From NCBI RefSeq assembly GCF_009914755.1, contig NC_060931.1: 64,000 nucleotides of DNA; one strand, written 5' to 3'. The stretch comes from the human T2T-CHM13v2.0 reference genome, Homo sapiens. Shown piece after piece: positions 32,065 through 47,039 of this stretch. The notes below the pieces were generated by a model, which was not told the origin of the DNA, did no database searches, and saw nothing but the letters and a program-made list of their open reading frames with translations. The position numbers were made by a program, and so were the translations under genes. Position 1 is the first letter of the stretch. Each line of letters starts with the position of its first letter.

Positions 32065-33018
32065 GACATAATCCAAAGTGGATTTTCAAACATGGAAATT
32101 TCATTTGCGTAGGATAAAGGGCCTCATGAAAGTTCTCTTAATTTCTGTCTGCATTAGGCCAAACTTTCAAGTAGTTGCCTAGGTCAACTAATTGAAAGTT
32201 GAAGGAAAAGTTCTTCCAAATAGAGGCCTAAGTAGGAAAAAGGATAAAAAAGAAAGGGATGACGTTCATTGGAAAACAAAAATCAGAATTCTATTTGCAT
32301 ACTCTTCTCCTTAATTACGGCTCTGCTGCCTGTCTTCCAAACCCTGCATATCAGTACTTACAGTGTGTATCACGTGACCCTGGGATTCTTCATTGCTCTT
32401 TGTCAAATTTTGTTTTGAGTGATTGAAGCTGATGGAAACGTGGTGAAGAGAGGAAGAGTTAGGGTGACAGATATAGGGAGGTGATTAAAAGCCTTCACTT
32501 GGTATATATTAGAAAGTTAACTGGCACATGACAGATGCAAAGGATTGGAAAATATTTGAATACGGAAATTTGCATGTGTGCAGAGATAATATAGAAGGGT
32601 GTCCCAATTGCACTGGGTTCAGAGAAATACTTTATCTGTACTTGTCACTTAGTATCCACGTTTTTTGAAATACGTAGCTTATTCATGGCCTCTTCCAGAC
32701 TCTATGCTTACTGAATGCAGGAGCCATGTTTGATTCATCGTGATATCCTCTAGAGTGGTGAGTAGAGTGCCGTGTACAGAGGTTTTAATGGAATTAATTA
32801 GTTTGAATGAATGTAAGACTAAACCCCTAAAGACATAGTCTAGAGAACTTGACCACTGTCCAGTGAGATCCTGGGGTGGCATATCGCTGAAGAACATTGA
32901 TTCTCTGAATGTATCATTGTCTAAACTGATTGGCAGCAAAGAATGAAGAAGGGGTGGTGAATTTGAAGTATATTTATTTATTCTCTGTGGCCCTGGGAGC
33001 CTTGTTGCCCCTCTTTTA

Positions 33019-33348
<330 letters not shown>

Positions 33349-34224
33349 GTTGCCCCTCTTTTAAAACTGAAGATTGAAGAGGAGGTGACAAGTAAAGAAA
33401 TATTTTTTAAACTATAACTTTACCTAGTGTGGTGTTTGTATATGTTTTATATATTTACATACATAGATTTTATGTATGTATATAAAGATTTCATTATTTA
33501 GACAGCAATAATTAATAAATATTTCTGTTATTTAATATTTGAAAATTAATTGTTACTCTAAACAGTAGGTGGTCTTTCACAATCATACTTTACATTTGTC
33601 TCATGAAAGCCTTGTTTTCATATATCTCATGTACACACAAGGAAACCGCTCATAAAGTGTCTGTCACTTCTGACTTCCAGCAACCTGCCTGGTTCCAGCA
33701 CACATACACACACATATTTGTACACTCATACATACACACATATAATATCCCTACATCTTTATGCCTTTAATAATCTAGAGACTAAGCCTAATTTATGCTT
33801 GGGGAGATCTAGTGGGTACAGTTTTCTGCGATTGAAAAAGCCATTTTCAGCAGGATTAGCCTGAGACTGTTGCAGAGCTAATTGTCACTGATCTCATAGA
33901 GCTACCACTCTTAAAATCAAGTTCCATCATTTCCCCAAGTACACAGATGTTATCCTTGTTAAGTAGTGACAGTCACCAGTAATGTGAATTTGGCCCACTT
34001 TGGAGAACTACTTCTAGCACTGGCAGCTTTACATGTTGAGCACCATAGAAATGAGAATGTGACCCAAGAAGCAGTTTCCAGGTTAGGTTTCATGGAGTGA
34101 TGGCACTGAGGACCACAGTTATCTGTTTTGGAAAACAGATGGAAATTTGCAGAAAACAAACTCACTAATAATGAATTTTATATGCCATTTCTGCATAAAT
34201 ATTTAAAAGTTTTTAAAATGTATT

Positions 34225-35250
34225 CTTTACTTCAACCAACATTTATTTAGTGCTGATACTATGCCAGGTACTGAGCTAGGAGCTGATGAACTAGATAAAA
34301 TCACTGCCAGCAAGGAGCTCCCTGCCTAGTGAGGGATCCAGACAAGGAAAAACATAGATGTCAAGGCTGCACGACTGTGGCCTGCCATAGAGCTGGGCAC
34401 CATGTGAAGGCCTGAGGGCTCTTGAGCTGTGGAGGAAGTATGCCTAGTTGTCTTAAGAGGGCTGAGTTCAAAGCTGCAGTGAGCTACCATCATACCACTG
34501 TACTCTAGCCTGGGTGGCAGAGAGAGACCCTGTCTCAAAAAAAAAAAAAAAGAGGGGGCTATCATGTAAGGCATGTACAAAGGTACAGAGTTAAGAGACA
34601 AAATGACACATTTATTGGACTGGAATAGTTGGGATTGCTCTGAGCACAGATGTGGAAGTAGAGGGAAGATGAACTAGAAAAATAGATGGGAAATGCTGAG
34701 GAGTTTGGGTTACATCCAAGGATGATGTGGAGTATGGAAAACATTTTAAGAAGGGAAACATTATTCATCTGGAGGATGACTGGAGAATGAGCGGTGGCAG
34801 GGAGTTTTAGTAACACAGATGATAGGGCAGGGGACCATAAATAGGAGAATAAAAGCTAAACTTGAGAGAATAGAGGGAGTACAATAGACATGACTTAGTG
34901 ACTGGATATGAGGACAGAAGGGAGAATCTAGAACTTTTGGTTTTTCTGGGTGGTGGTGCTGTGGCACATAATAAGTGCTTAGTAAATATTTGTTGAACAA
35001 ATGAGTGTGCTTAAAATATAGGAAGAACATGCTTTGAAGGGCTGAAATAGTCAGTTTGGTTTCAAGCAGGTTGAGTTTGAAAGGTCCTTTGATGGAGGTA
35101 GAAAATGTCTGCTATGTAGTTCACGTTGTGTTTTGGATTACGAAAGAGAGGGAAATCAGGGATGGAGATATATACTTGGAAATTATCAGCATATAAATGG
35201 TAATTGAAGCCCTGGGAACAGATGAGATCACTGGGAAAGAGTGTATATAT
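34225..35250 (-). mobile_element. L2 LINE (about 1 kb, degenerate) with a 5'-truncated Alu at about 34464-34549
   Basis: 'aacatttatttagtgctgatactatgccaggtactgagctagg', 'ggttgagtttga', 'atcagcatataaatggtaattgaagcc...gatgagatc'. Confidence 0.75.
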
Positions 35251-35629
35251 TCTTCTGGAATTAAGGAGAAGCACATAGTTGGGACTCATCAGCATATAGG
35301 CTTAAGTTGGAAGTCATGAGTGTGGATGATATTTTCCAGGCTTTTGCATGTGACATGTATTAAAATGTATTTTGCCAACATCTAATGATTTAAGAAAAAA
35401 CTGCTAAAGACTTCAAGAACCCTCGTGATTAAGAGAAAGTATGAGTATATGTTGTCATGATCCAAGACTCTGCAAATAAGATAATGTGCTAGCAAATACA
35501 CACACATGCATGTGCACACGTGCATACACACACATCTGTATGTAGAGGAATATATTAGAATCAAAGAATCAGACTTCTATTATTCTTGATAGTAATAATG
35601 GATAATTATGCATGTTATTTAAACTGAAA

Positions 35630-35960
<331 letters not shown>

Positions 35961-36368
35961 CTATTACTCTTAGCAGTAGGTGGTCTTTCAAAATTGCACA
36001 TTACATTTGTCTTGTGAAAGCCTTGCCGTCATATATCTCATGTATACACAATGCAACCACTCATAAAGTATCAAAGAATCAGACTTCTGATATAGTATTC
36101 TGTAGCTTCTGAGTTCCAGCAACTTTAGTAGTTCCAACATGGTGGCCCCTCTGTCCCTCCTCCAGGGGAGTATTCTCCCAATGTAAAGAATGAAAACTAA
36201 CAATGTGTAGCTTTTGGAACTCTGGTCTGTATTCTACTTCAGACTTGGCCCTGCTGGCTGGTCTCTGAAACATGTGGCTCCAAGTAAATGCTAGGAATAC
36301 TTGTGTAATTGAGCTGATCTTTCATAAGTGTCTATGGAGATGTCTTATTTTTTGGTTTGGGGGTTGGG

Positions 36369-36827
36369 TGTTAGGGTCATCCCGACCAGACTGTTCCCCT
36401 CCCTTCCCATGGGTGTTATAATGCAGTCCTTTGTGACCTCTGCACTGCTTCCCCAGGGCTAAAGACAAACACCCCTTCACCGACCCCTCCAGTAATTGTT
36501 TGTCCAGGCAGTTACAGGATGTGGTTAACATGTCTGTTGACCTCGCATAACAAAGCTGGCAAAAACATCTCCAGGATGTGGTCAAGACACCTGCACCCTC
36601 AGCTCAGCTCCCCCACCCCAACTCAGCCCTCCTGCACACCCAACTCAGCTGCCCCACCCTGACCCAGTTACTCACCTTATAAAGCCCTGTTGTAGTCTGT
36701 AAGAGGGGCTGCCTCCTCTGCTTTTGTCAGGAGGTAGCCCGGCAGGACTGACAATAAATCAGCTTGCCTGAACTTGGGTCTGCTGGCCTCACTCCTTTCT
36801 CGGCTGTCCTTCCAATTATACCTTATG
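36369..36827 (+). promoter_or_regulatory. ERV 5' LTR (promoter and polyA elements)
   Basis: Starts TGTTAGG; TATAAA at 36678-36683; AATAAA at 36753-36758; ends just before the PBS (5' boundary approximate). Confidence 0.72.
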
Positions 36828-36830
36828 TCT

Positions 36831-36847
36831 TGGTGCCGAAACCGGGA
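36831..36847 (+). other. Primer-binding site complementary to tRNA-Phe
   Basis: tggtgccgaaaccggga versus expected TGGTGCCGAAACCCGGGA (one C missing). Confidence 0.88.
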
Positions 36848-37247
36848 AGGTGGTAGAGTTCGGCCTCCTTTTCTCCCTTTATCCTCCCCCTGCTCCTTCC
36901 CCTGGCCGAACTCCCCCTTCCAGAACCTGCTAGAGACCCAAGGATCTCATACATCTTTTCCATTGCTGGCGAACACATCCAACACCAGGGACACCTCAGG
37001 AGTGAGTAAAGGAGACATACCTTCCGTCCGGAACCCTTGTCCGCTCTTTCCTTCCCAAAAGACCCAGCGCTGGGCCAAAGGTTTCCTCGTCCCAGCCTCC
37101 AGGAGACCCTCGATGTCTCCCTATCAGTGATGCCTGTACGGGGGATTATCGTACCTCTCCGACTTAAACTGTGGGACAGGGGACGCCTTCTCCCGCCATC
37201 CTTGTCTCTGGCCAAGTCTTCCATCTCTACCCCTCTCTCATTCCACT

Positions 37248-39127
37248 ATGGGAGCCTCCCAGTCCACTCCCTCAAAGGCATCCCCCCATCGGGTGTCTCC
37301 TCCGTAACCTTAACACCCTTAACCTCCATTCCAAAATTTGGCCAAAAAGGCTCATCTTTCATTGTAACACAGCCTGACCTCAGTATAAATTGGGCAATGG
37401 CTCCCAGTGGTCTAAAAATGGCACATTCGATTTTAACACCCTCAGGGACCTGGACAACGTTTGCCATCGCAATGGAAAGTGGTCTGAAATCCCTTATGTT
37501 CAGGCCTTTTTTGCCCTCCGTAGCTGCCCCTCCCTTTGTCAGCCCTGTTCTGGTTTTCAGATCCTCCTTGCCCGCTCCAAGCCAGACTCATCCTCAGCTC
37601 CCCTTCCTTCTGACGATTCCTCCTTCTTTAACCCTGCTGACTTTTCCTCTCCCTGACAACACCGTAATCCTCCCCCAAATCATCACAATCCTCCACCATA
37701 TGCTCCCGCTCCTGCCTTACCTCTTTCCCCTCCTCTCTCCAACCACCCAGATTCTGATTCTAATTCCTCCCCATCTCCACCTCCAGCAGGCCCAGCAGTC
37801 GGCCCCCTTACTTCCCCTGCGAGAGCTGGCAGGGGCTAAAGGAATTGTTCACGTCCACATTCCGTTCTCCCTCTCCAACCTTTCCCAAATTAAGAAACGT
37901 CTCAGATCCTTTTCCTCCAATCCTGACACTTATATCAAAAAGCTCAAATACCTCACCCAATCTTACAAATTCACTTGGCTTGATCTCCATATTATCCTCT
38001 CTTCTACTCTCTTCCCAGGAAAGAAAAACAAAACAAAACAAAGTGTGGCTTGCAGCTCAGTCGCATGCCAACGATCTTCATCGGCAAGACCCTACTAAGC
38101 CCCTAGGGGCCGCTGCAGTTCCCCGAGAAGACCTTCCTGGGAGTACCAACCCACATAACCTGGCCAGGCATCTCATAACCATGTGATTACTTGCCTCATC
38201 ACAGGCCTTAACAAAGCAGCCCATAAGGCCATAATTTTTGAAAAGCTGAAAGAAATCTCCCAAAGAGCAAATGAAAACCCTGCTGAATTTCTTTCCCGCC
38301 TTACAGAGGCCCTCCAAAAATATACCCTTGTTGACCCCACCTCCCGGGAAGGAACCATTGTTCTGTTTTTTTTTTAAGATGGAGTCTCGCTCTGTCGCCC
38401 AGACTGGAGTGCAGTGACGCGATCTCGGTTTACTGCAAGCTCCGCCTCCTGGATTCATGCCATTCTCCTCTCTCAGCCTCCCGCCTAGCTGGGACTACAG
38501 GCACCTGCCGCCATGGCCGGCTAAATATTTTTTGCGTTTTTAGTAGAGAGAGGGTTTCACTGTGTCAACCAGGATGGTCTCGATCTCCTGACCTCGTGAT
38601 CCGCCCGCCTCGGCCTCCCAAAGTGCTGGGATTACAGGCGTGAGCCACCACTCCTGGCCCTGGAACTATTGTTCTTAATATCCATTTCATCTCTCAGTCT
38701 GCTCCTGACATACAAAAGATGGCCCTCAAACCCCTCAACAAGACCTCCTTAACCTGGCCTTTAAGGTCTTCAACAACAGAGATAAGCAAAATAAATTAGA
38801 TAAAGCCCAACGAGATGGTAATAAATACCAGCTCCTAGCAGCAGCTATTTGTCAGCCTACCCAGGCTGCCCAGGGGCACAAAAGACCTGATAGCAGTGAC
38901 CCTCCCAGGCCCTGTTTTAATGTGAAAAAGAAGGCCCTTGGGCCCAAGCATGCCCTAACCCACAAGTGCCAAAAACTCCTTGCCCAGCCTGCCAACAAAC
39001 CGGTCACTGGAAGTCCGATTGTCCTCTTAAGCAGACTAACCGGCCGGTTCCTCAAGGCCCTGGCAAAGCAAAGAGTGAAAAATCATTCACACCCCCACAG
39101 CTCCTTGGCCTTGCCACTGAAGACTGA
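37248..39127 (+). pseudogene. gag: ERV gag, disrupted (frameshifts, stops, AluY insertion)
   Basis: MGASQS start; matrix 'NGTFDFNTLRDLDN...KWSEIPYVQAFF'; capsid 'VHIPFSLSNLSQI'; MHR 'QRANENPAEFLSRLTEAL'; CPACQQTGHWKSDC at 38981-39022; ends LLGLATED*. Confidence 0.88.
38365..38659 (-). mobile_element. AluY inserted in ERV gag
   Basis: 'ctgcaagctccgcctcc', 'aggatggtctcgatctcc'; TSD ggaac(c/t)attgttct at 38351-38364 and 38662-38675. Confidence 0.93.
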
Positions 39128-40200
39128 TGGAGCCCAGGGACCCTGGCCCCATCTGCCGTCACTGCATTGGAGCCCAGGGTAACTCTGCTAATAGCAGGTA
39201 AGCCGATCTCTTTTTTTAATCAATAGCTGGGCCACCTACACGGCTTTACCTGAATTTTTAGGACCCACTTACCCTTCCCAGGCCTCTGTTGTGGGGGTTG
39301 ATGGACTTGTCTTCTGTCCACGTGCTACTGAATCCCTTACTTGTTCCCTATTTAATACTATTTTTTCACACTCCTTCCTTATCATGCCTCATTGCCCCAC
39401 CCCCATCCTAGGCCGAGACATTTTAGCCAATTTTGCAGCTTTTATCACCTTTTCCTGTCCCCCTCAACCAGAAGTCCCTCCTGCTTCTCTCTGCTAGTCC
39501 GGCATCTGACCCCCTCTCCAGCACCCGCTACCCACCTCTCTCGTTAACCCAGTAGTGTGGGACACCACCACCCCTGCCATAGCTGCTCACCAGGACTGCA
39601 TCAAAATCCAGTTAAAAGACCCCTCTAAATTTCCCGACGTTCCCCAATATCCCATTTCCCTAACACACCAAAGGGCTTACAACCCACCATAAACAAGCTC
39701 TGCTCACACAGTCTTCTTAGACCAACACACTCTCCATATAACAACCCCATCCTCCCTATTAAAAAATCCAACGGCTCATACCAACTCATTCAGGACCCCT
39801 GAGCTATCAATCAGGCTGTCCTCCCTGTTCATCCTGTAGTCCCTAACCCCTATACACTTCTCTCTCTCATCCCCTCCAACACAACCCACTACACTGCAAT
39901 TGACCTGAAAAATGCCTTCTTCACCATTCCCCTACACCCTGATTCCATAAACCTCTTTGTTTCACCCAAACTGACTGCAACACCCTCCAGTCACAACAAC
40001 TCACGTGGACTGTCCTCCCTCAGGGCTTCAAGGATAGCCCTCATTTCTCCAGGCAAGCCCTAGCCCAAGACCTCGCCTCCTTGGATCTTTCCCCCAGCCA
40101 CCTTCTTCTATATGTAGAGGAACTCCTCCTCTGTAGCCCCTCCCTAAAAGGCTCCCAAACTCACACTGCAGCCCTTCTCAATTTCCTTGCTAATAAAGGC
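39128..40200 (+). pseudogene. pol: ERV pro and 5' part of pol (RT), disrupted and truncated
   Basis: Manual translation gives EPRVTL, PILGRDIL, SPYNNPILPIKK, VPNPYTLLS, IDLKNAFFTIP, LTWTVLPQGFKDSP, and YVEE in place of YVDD at 40111-40122. Confidence 0.88.
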
Positions 40201-40201
40201 T

Positions 40202-40280
40202 GAAGCTCCCAGCCAAATAAAGCTCCTTCCTTCTTTAACATGGTGTCTGAGGAGTTTTGTCTGTGGCTCATCCTGCTACA
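40202..40280 (+). mobile_element. Terminal about 80 bp of an unrelated MER4-group LTR (MER51-like)
   Basis: 'aataaagctccttccttctttaacatggtgtctgaggagttttgtctgtggctcatcctgctaca' ends in CA and does not match the 5' LTR at 36369-36827. Confidence 0.65.
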
Positions 40281-40390
40281 TCATAACTAGTTGGAAAGTA
40301 CTGCCTTTGCTGCCTTAGATGTGTAGAACCTTTAGTCTTGGCCTTGGCTTAATTTAATGTGACCTCTGCAGCTAAGAACAATAGTTCCAG

Positions 40391-40518
40391 GGCCAGGAGC
40401 GGTGGCTCACGCCTGTAATCATAGCACTTTTGGGAGGCCGAAGTGGGCGGATCATGAGGTCAAGAGATTGAGACCATCCTGGCTAACATGGTGAAATCCT
40501 ATCTCTACTGAAAATGCA
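40391..40518 (+). mobile_element. Alu left arm only (Sc/Y-like), truncated at the middle A-rich linker
   Basis: 'ggccaggagcggtggctcacgcc...agaccatcctggctaacatggtgaaatcc...actgaaaatgca' then unrelated sequence. Confidence 0.88.
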
Positions 40519-41052
40519 TGATCATTTGGCTCTTCTGAGATCTGAGATCATTTGGCTCTTCCCCTAGGGAACTAATGGTTTCCCACTTTTTCTTTTGCTG
40601 GCATTCTGGGGTATATCTTACTTGGCCATCTCCAGAAGTCAGAGTGGAACTACTGAAGAGTTTCAAAGAGCTGTAGAAGAACTGTGCTCAGTGTTTAAAA
40701 CAGTCCTTTCCGTTTTCAGAAACAGGTTTTCTGCTTTGTTTTCAAACTTCAAAATTTATTTCTGAAACAAAGATTTATTTTCCCTGTGGTATTCTGAAGG
40801 TTTTATACAACTGTTAATTTCTAAAACCTAAGTCATTTCTTGGTTTTAAAACTTCAGTGCTGGCAGAGTGGAGCCAAGATGGCTGAATAGGAACAGCTCC
40901 AGTCTACAGCTCCCAGCATGAACGATGCAGAAGATGGGTGATTTCTGCATTTCCAACTGAGGTACTGGGTTCATCTCACTGGGGAGTGCCGGACAGTGGG
41001 TGCAGGACAATGGGTGCAGTGCATCGTGGGTGAGCCAAAGGAGGGCGAGGCA

Positions 41053-41316
41053 TCACTTCACCCAGGAAGCACAAGGGGTCAGGGAATTCCCTTTCCTAGT
41101 CAAAGAAAGGGGTGACAGACAGCACCTGGAAAACAGGGTCACTCCCATTCTAATAGTGTGCTTTTCCAACAGGCATAACAAACGGCACACGAGGAGATTA
41201 TATCCCGCACCTGGCTTGGAAGGTCCTATGCCCACGGAGCCTTGCTCATTGCTAGCACAGCAGTCTGAGATAAAACCACAAGGTGGCAGTGAGACTAGGG
41301 GAGGAGTGCCCACCAT
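41053..41316 (-). other. L1 antisense ORF0 homologue, open for 87 codons
   Basis: MVGTPPLVSLPPCGFISDCCASNEQGSVGIGPSKPGAGYNLLV... is collinear with recalled L1HS ORF0 (MAGAPPPASLPPCSLISDCCASNQRDSVGVGPSEPGAGYNLVV...). Confidence 0.6.
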
Positions 41317-41890
41317 TGACAAGGTTTGAGTAGGTAAACAAAGTGGTCGGGAAGCTTGAACTGGGTGGAGCCCACCACAGCCCAAGAAGGCCTGCCTGCC
41401 TCTGTAGGCTCCACCTCTGGGGGCAGGGCACAGACAAACAAAAGACAGCAATAACCTCTGCAGACTTCAATGTCCCTGTCTGACAGCTTTGAAGAGAGCA
41501 GTGGTTCTCCCAGCACGCAGCTTGAGATCTGAGAACGGGCAGACTGCCTCCTCAAGTGGGTCCCTGACCCCTGAGCAGCCTAACTGGGAGGGACACCCCA
41601 GTAGGGGCAGACTGACACCTCACATGGCCGGGTACTCCTCCGAGACAAAATTTCCAGAGGAATGATCAGGCAGCAGCATTTGCTGCTCACCAATATCCAC
41701 TGTTCTGCAGCCACCGCTGCTGACACCCAGGCAAACAGGGTCTGGAGCAACCTCCAGCAAAATCCAACAGACCTGCAGCTGAGGGTCCTGACTGTTAGAA
41801 GGAAAACTAACAAACAGAAAGGACATTCACACCAAAAACCCATCTGTTGGTCACCATCATCAAAGACCAAAGGTAGATAAAACCACAAAG

Positions 41891-42905
41891 ATGGGGAAAA
41901 AAACAGAGCAGAAAAACTGGACACTCTAAAAATCAGAGCAACTCTCCTCCTCCAAAGGAATGCAGCTCCTCACCAGCAAAGGAACAAAGCTGGATGGAGA
42001 ATGACTTTGACGAGTTGAGAGAAGGCTTCAGAAGATCAAACTACTCTGAGCTAAAGGAGGAAGTTCAAACCCATGGCAAAGAAGTTGAAAACCTTGAAAA
42101 AAAAATAGATGAATGGCTAACTAGAATAACCAATGCAGAGAAGTCCTTAAAGGACCTGATGGAGCTGAAAACCATGGCACGAGAACAATGTGATGAATGC
42201 ACAAGCCTCAGTAGCCGACGCGATCAACTGGAAGAAAGGGTATCAGTGATTGAAGATCAAATTAATGAAATGAAGTGAGAAGAGAAGTTTAGAGAAAAAA
42301 GAATAAAAAGAAATGAACAAAGCCTCCAAGAAATATGGGACTATATGAAAAGACCAAATCTACATCTGATTGGTGTACCTGAAAGTGACAGGGAAAATGG
42401 AACCAAGTTGGAAAACACTCTGCAGGATATTATATAGGAGAACTTCCCCAATCTAGCAAGGCAGGCAGACATTCAAATTCAGGAAATACAGAGAATGCCA
42501 CAAAGATACTCCTCGAGAAGAGCAACTCCAAGACACATAATTGTCAGATTCACCAAAGTTGAAATGAAGGAAAAAATGTTAAGGGCAGCCAGAGAGAAAG
42601 GTCGGGTTACCCACAAAAGGAAAGTCAACAGACTAACAGCTGATCTCTCAGCAGAAACTCTACAAGCCAGAAGAGAGTGGGGTACAATATTCAACATTCT
42701 TAAAGAAAAGAATTTTCAACCCAGAATTTCATATCCAGCCAAACTAAGCTTCATAAGTGAAGGAGAAATAAAATACTTTACAGACAAGCAAATCCTGAGA
42801 GATTTTGTCACCACCAGGCCTGCCCTAAAAGAGCTCCTGAAGGAAGCAGTAAACATGGAAAGGAACAACCAGTACCAGTCACTGCAAAAACATGCCAAAT
42901 TGTAA
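41891..42905 (+). pseudogene. L1 ORF1, disrupted
   Basis: ATG at 41891 followed by a 7-A run (+1 frameshift); TGA at 42276-42278; C-terminal part intact (ARREW, YPAKLSF, HAKL*). Confidence 0.92.
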
Positions 42906-42968
42906 AGACCATCAAGGCTAGGAAGAAACTGCATCAACTAATGAGCAAAATAACCAGCTAACATCATA

Positions 42969-46799
<3,831 letters not shown>

Positions 46800-47039
46800 A
46801 CAATGAGAACACATGGACACAGGAAGGGGAACATCACACACTGGGGACTGTTGTGGGGTGGGGGCAGGCAGGAGGGAGAGCATTAGGAGATATACCTAAT
46901 GCTAAATGACGAGTTAATGAATGCAGCACACCAACATGGCACATGTATACATATGTAACAAACTTGCTCATTGCGCACATGTACACTAAAACTTAAAGTA
47001 TAGTAATAGTAATAAAAAAAGTAAAAAAAATAAAGTAAA

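Larger units (their letters stand above)
36369..40200 (+). mobile_element. 3'-truncated class I ERV of the HERV-H/F group (tRNA-Phe primer): 5' LTR, gag, pro, partial pol
   Basis: LTR with TATA box and AATAAA, PBS TGGTGCCGAAACC-GGGA, gammaretrovirus-like gag with two zinc knuckles, protease and RT motifs; C-rich plus strand. Confidence 0.9.

Noticed and set aside
37037-38098. 353-aa ORF as an intact gene
   Set aside because: Mostly an alternative frame of C-rich ERV leader and gag; only the last part is in the capsid frame, and the true gag has frameshifts, stops and an Alu
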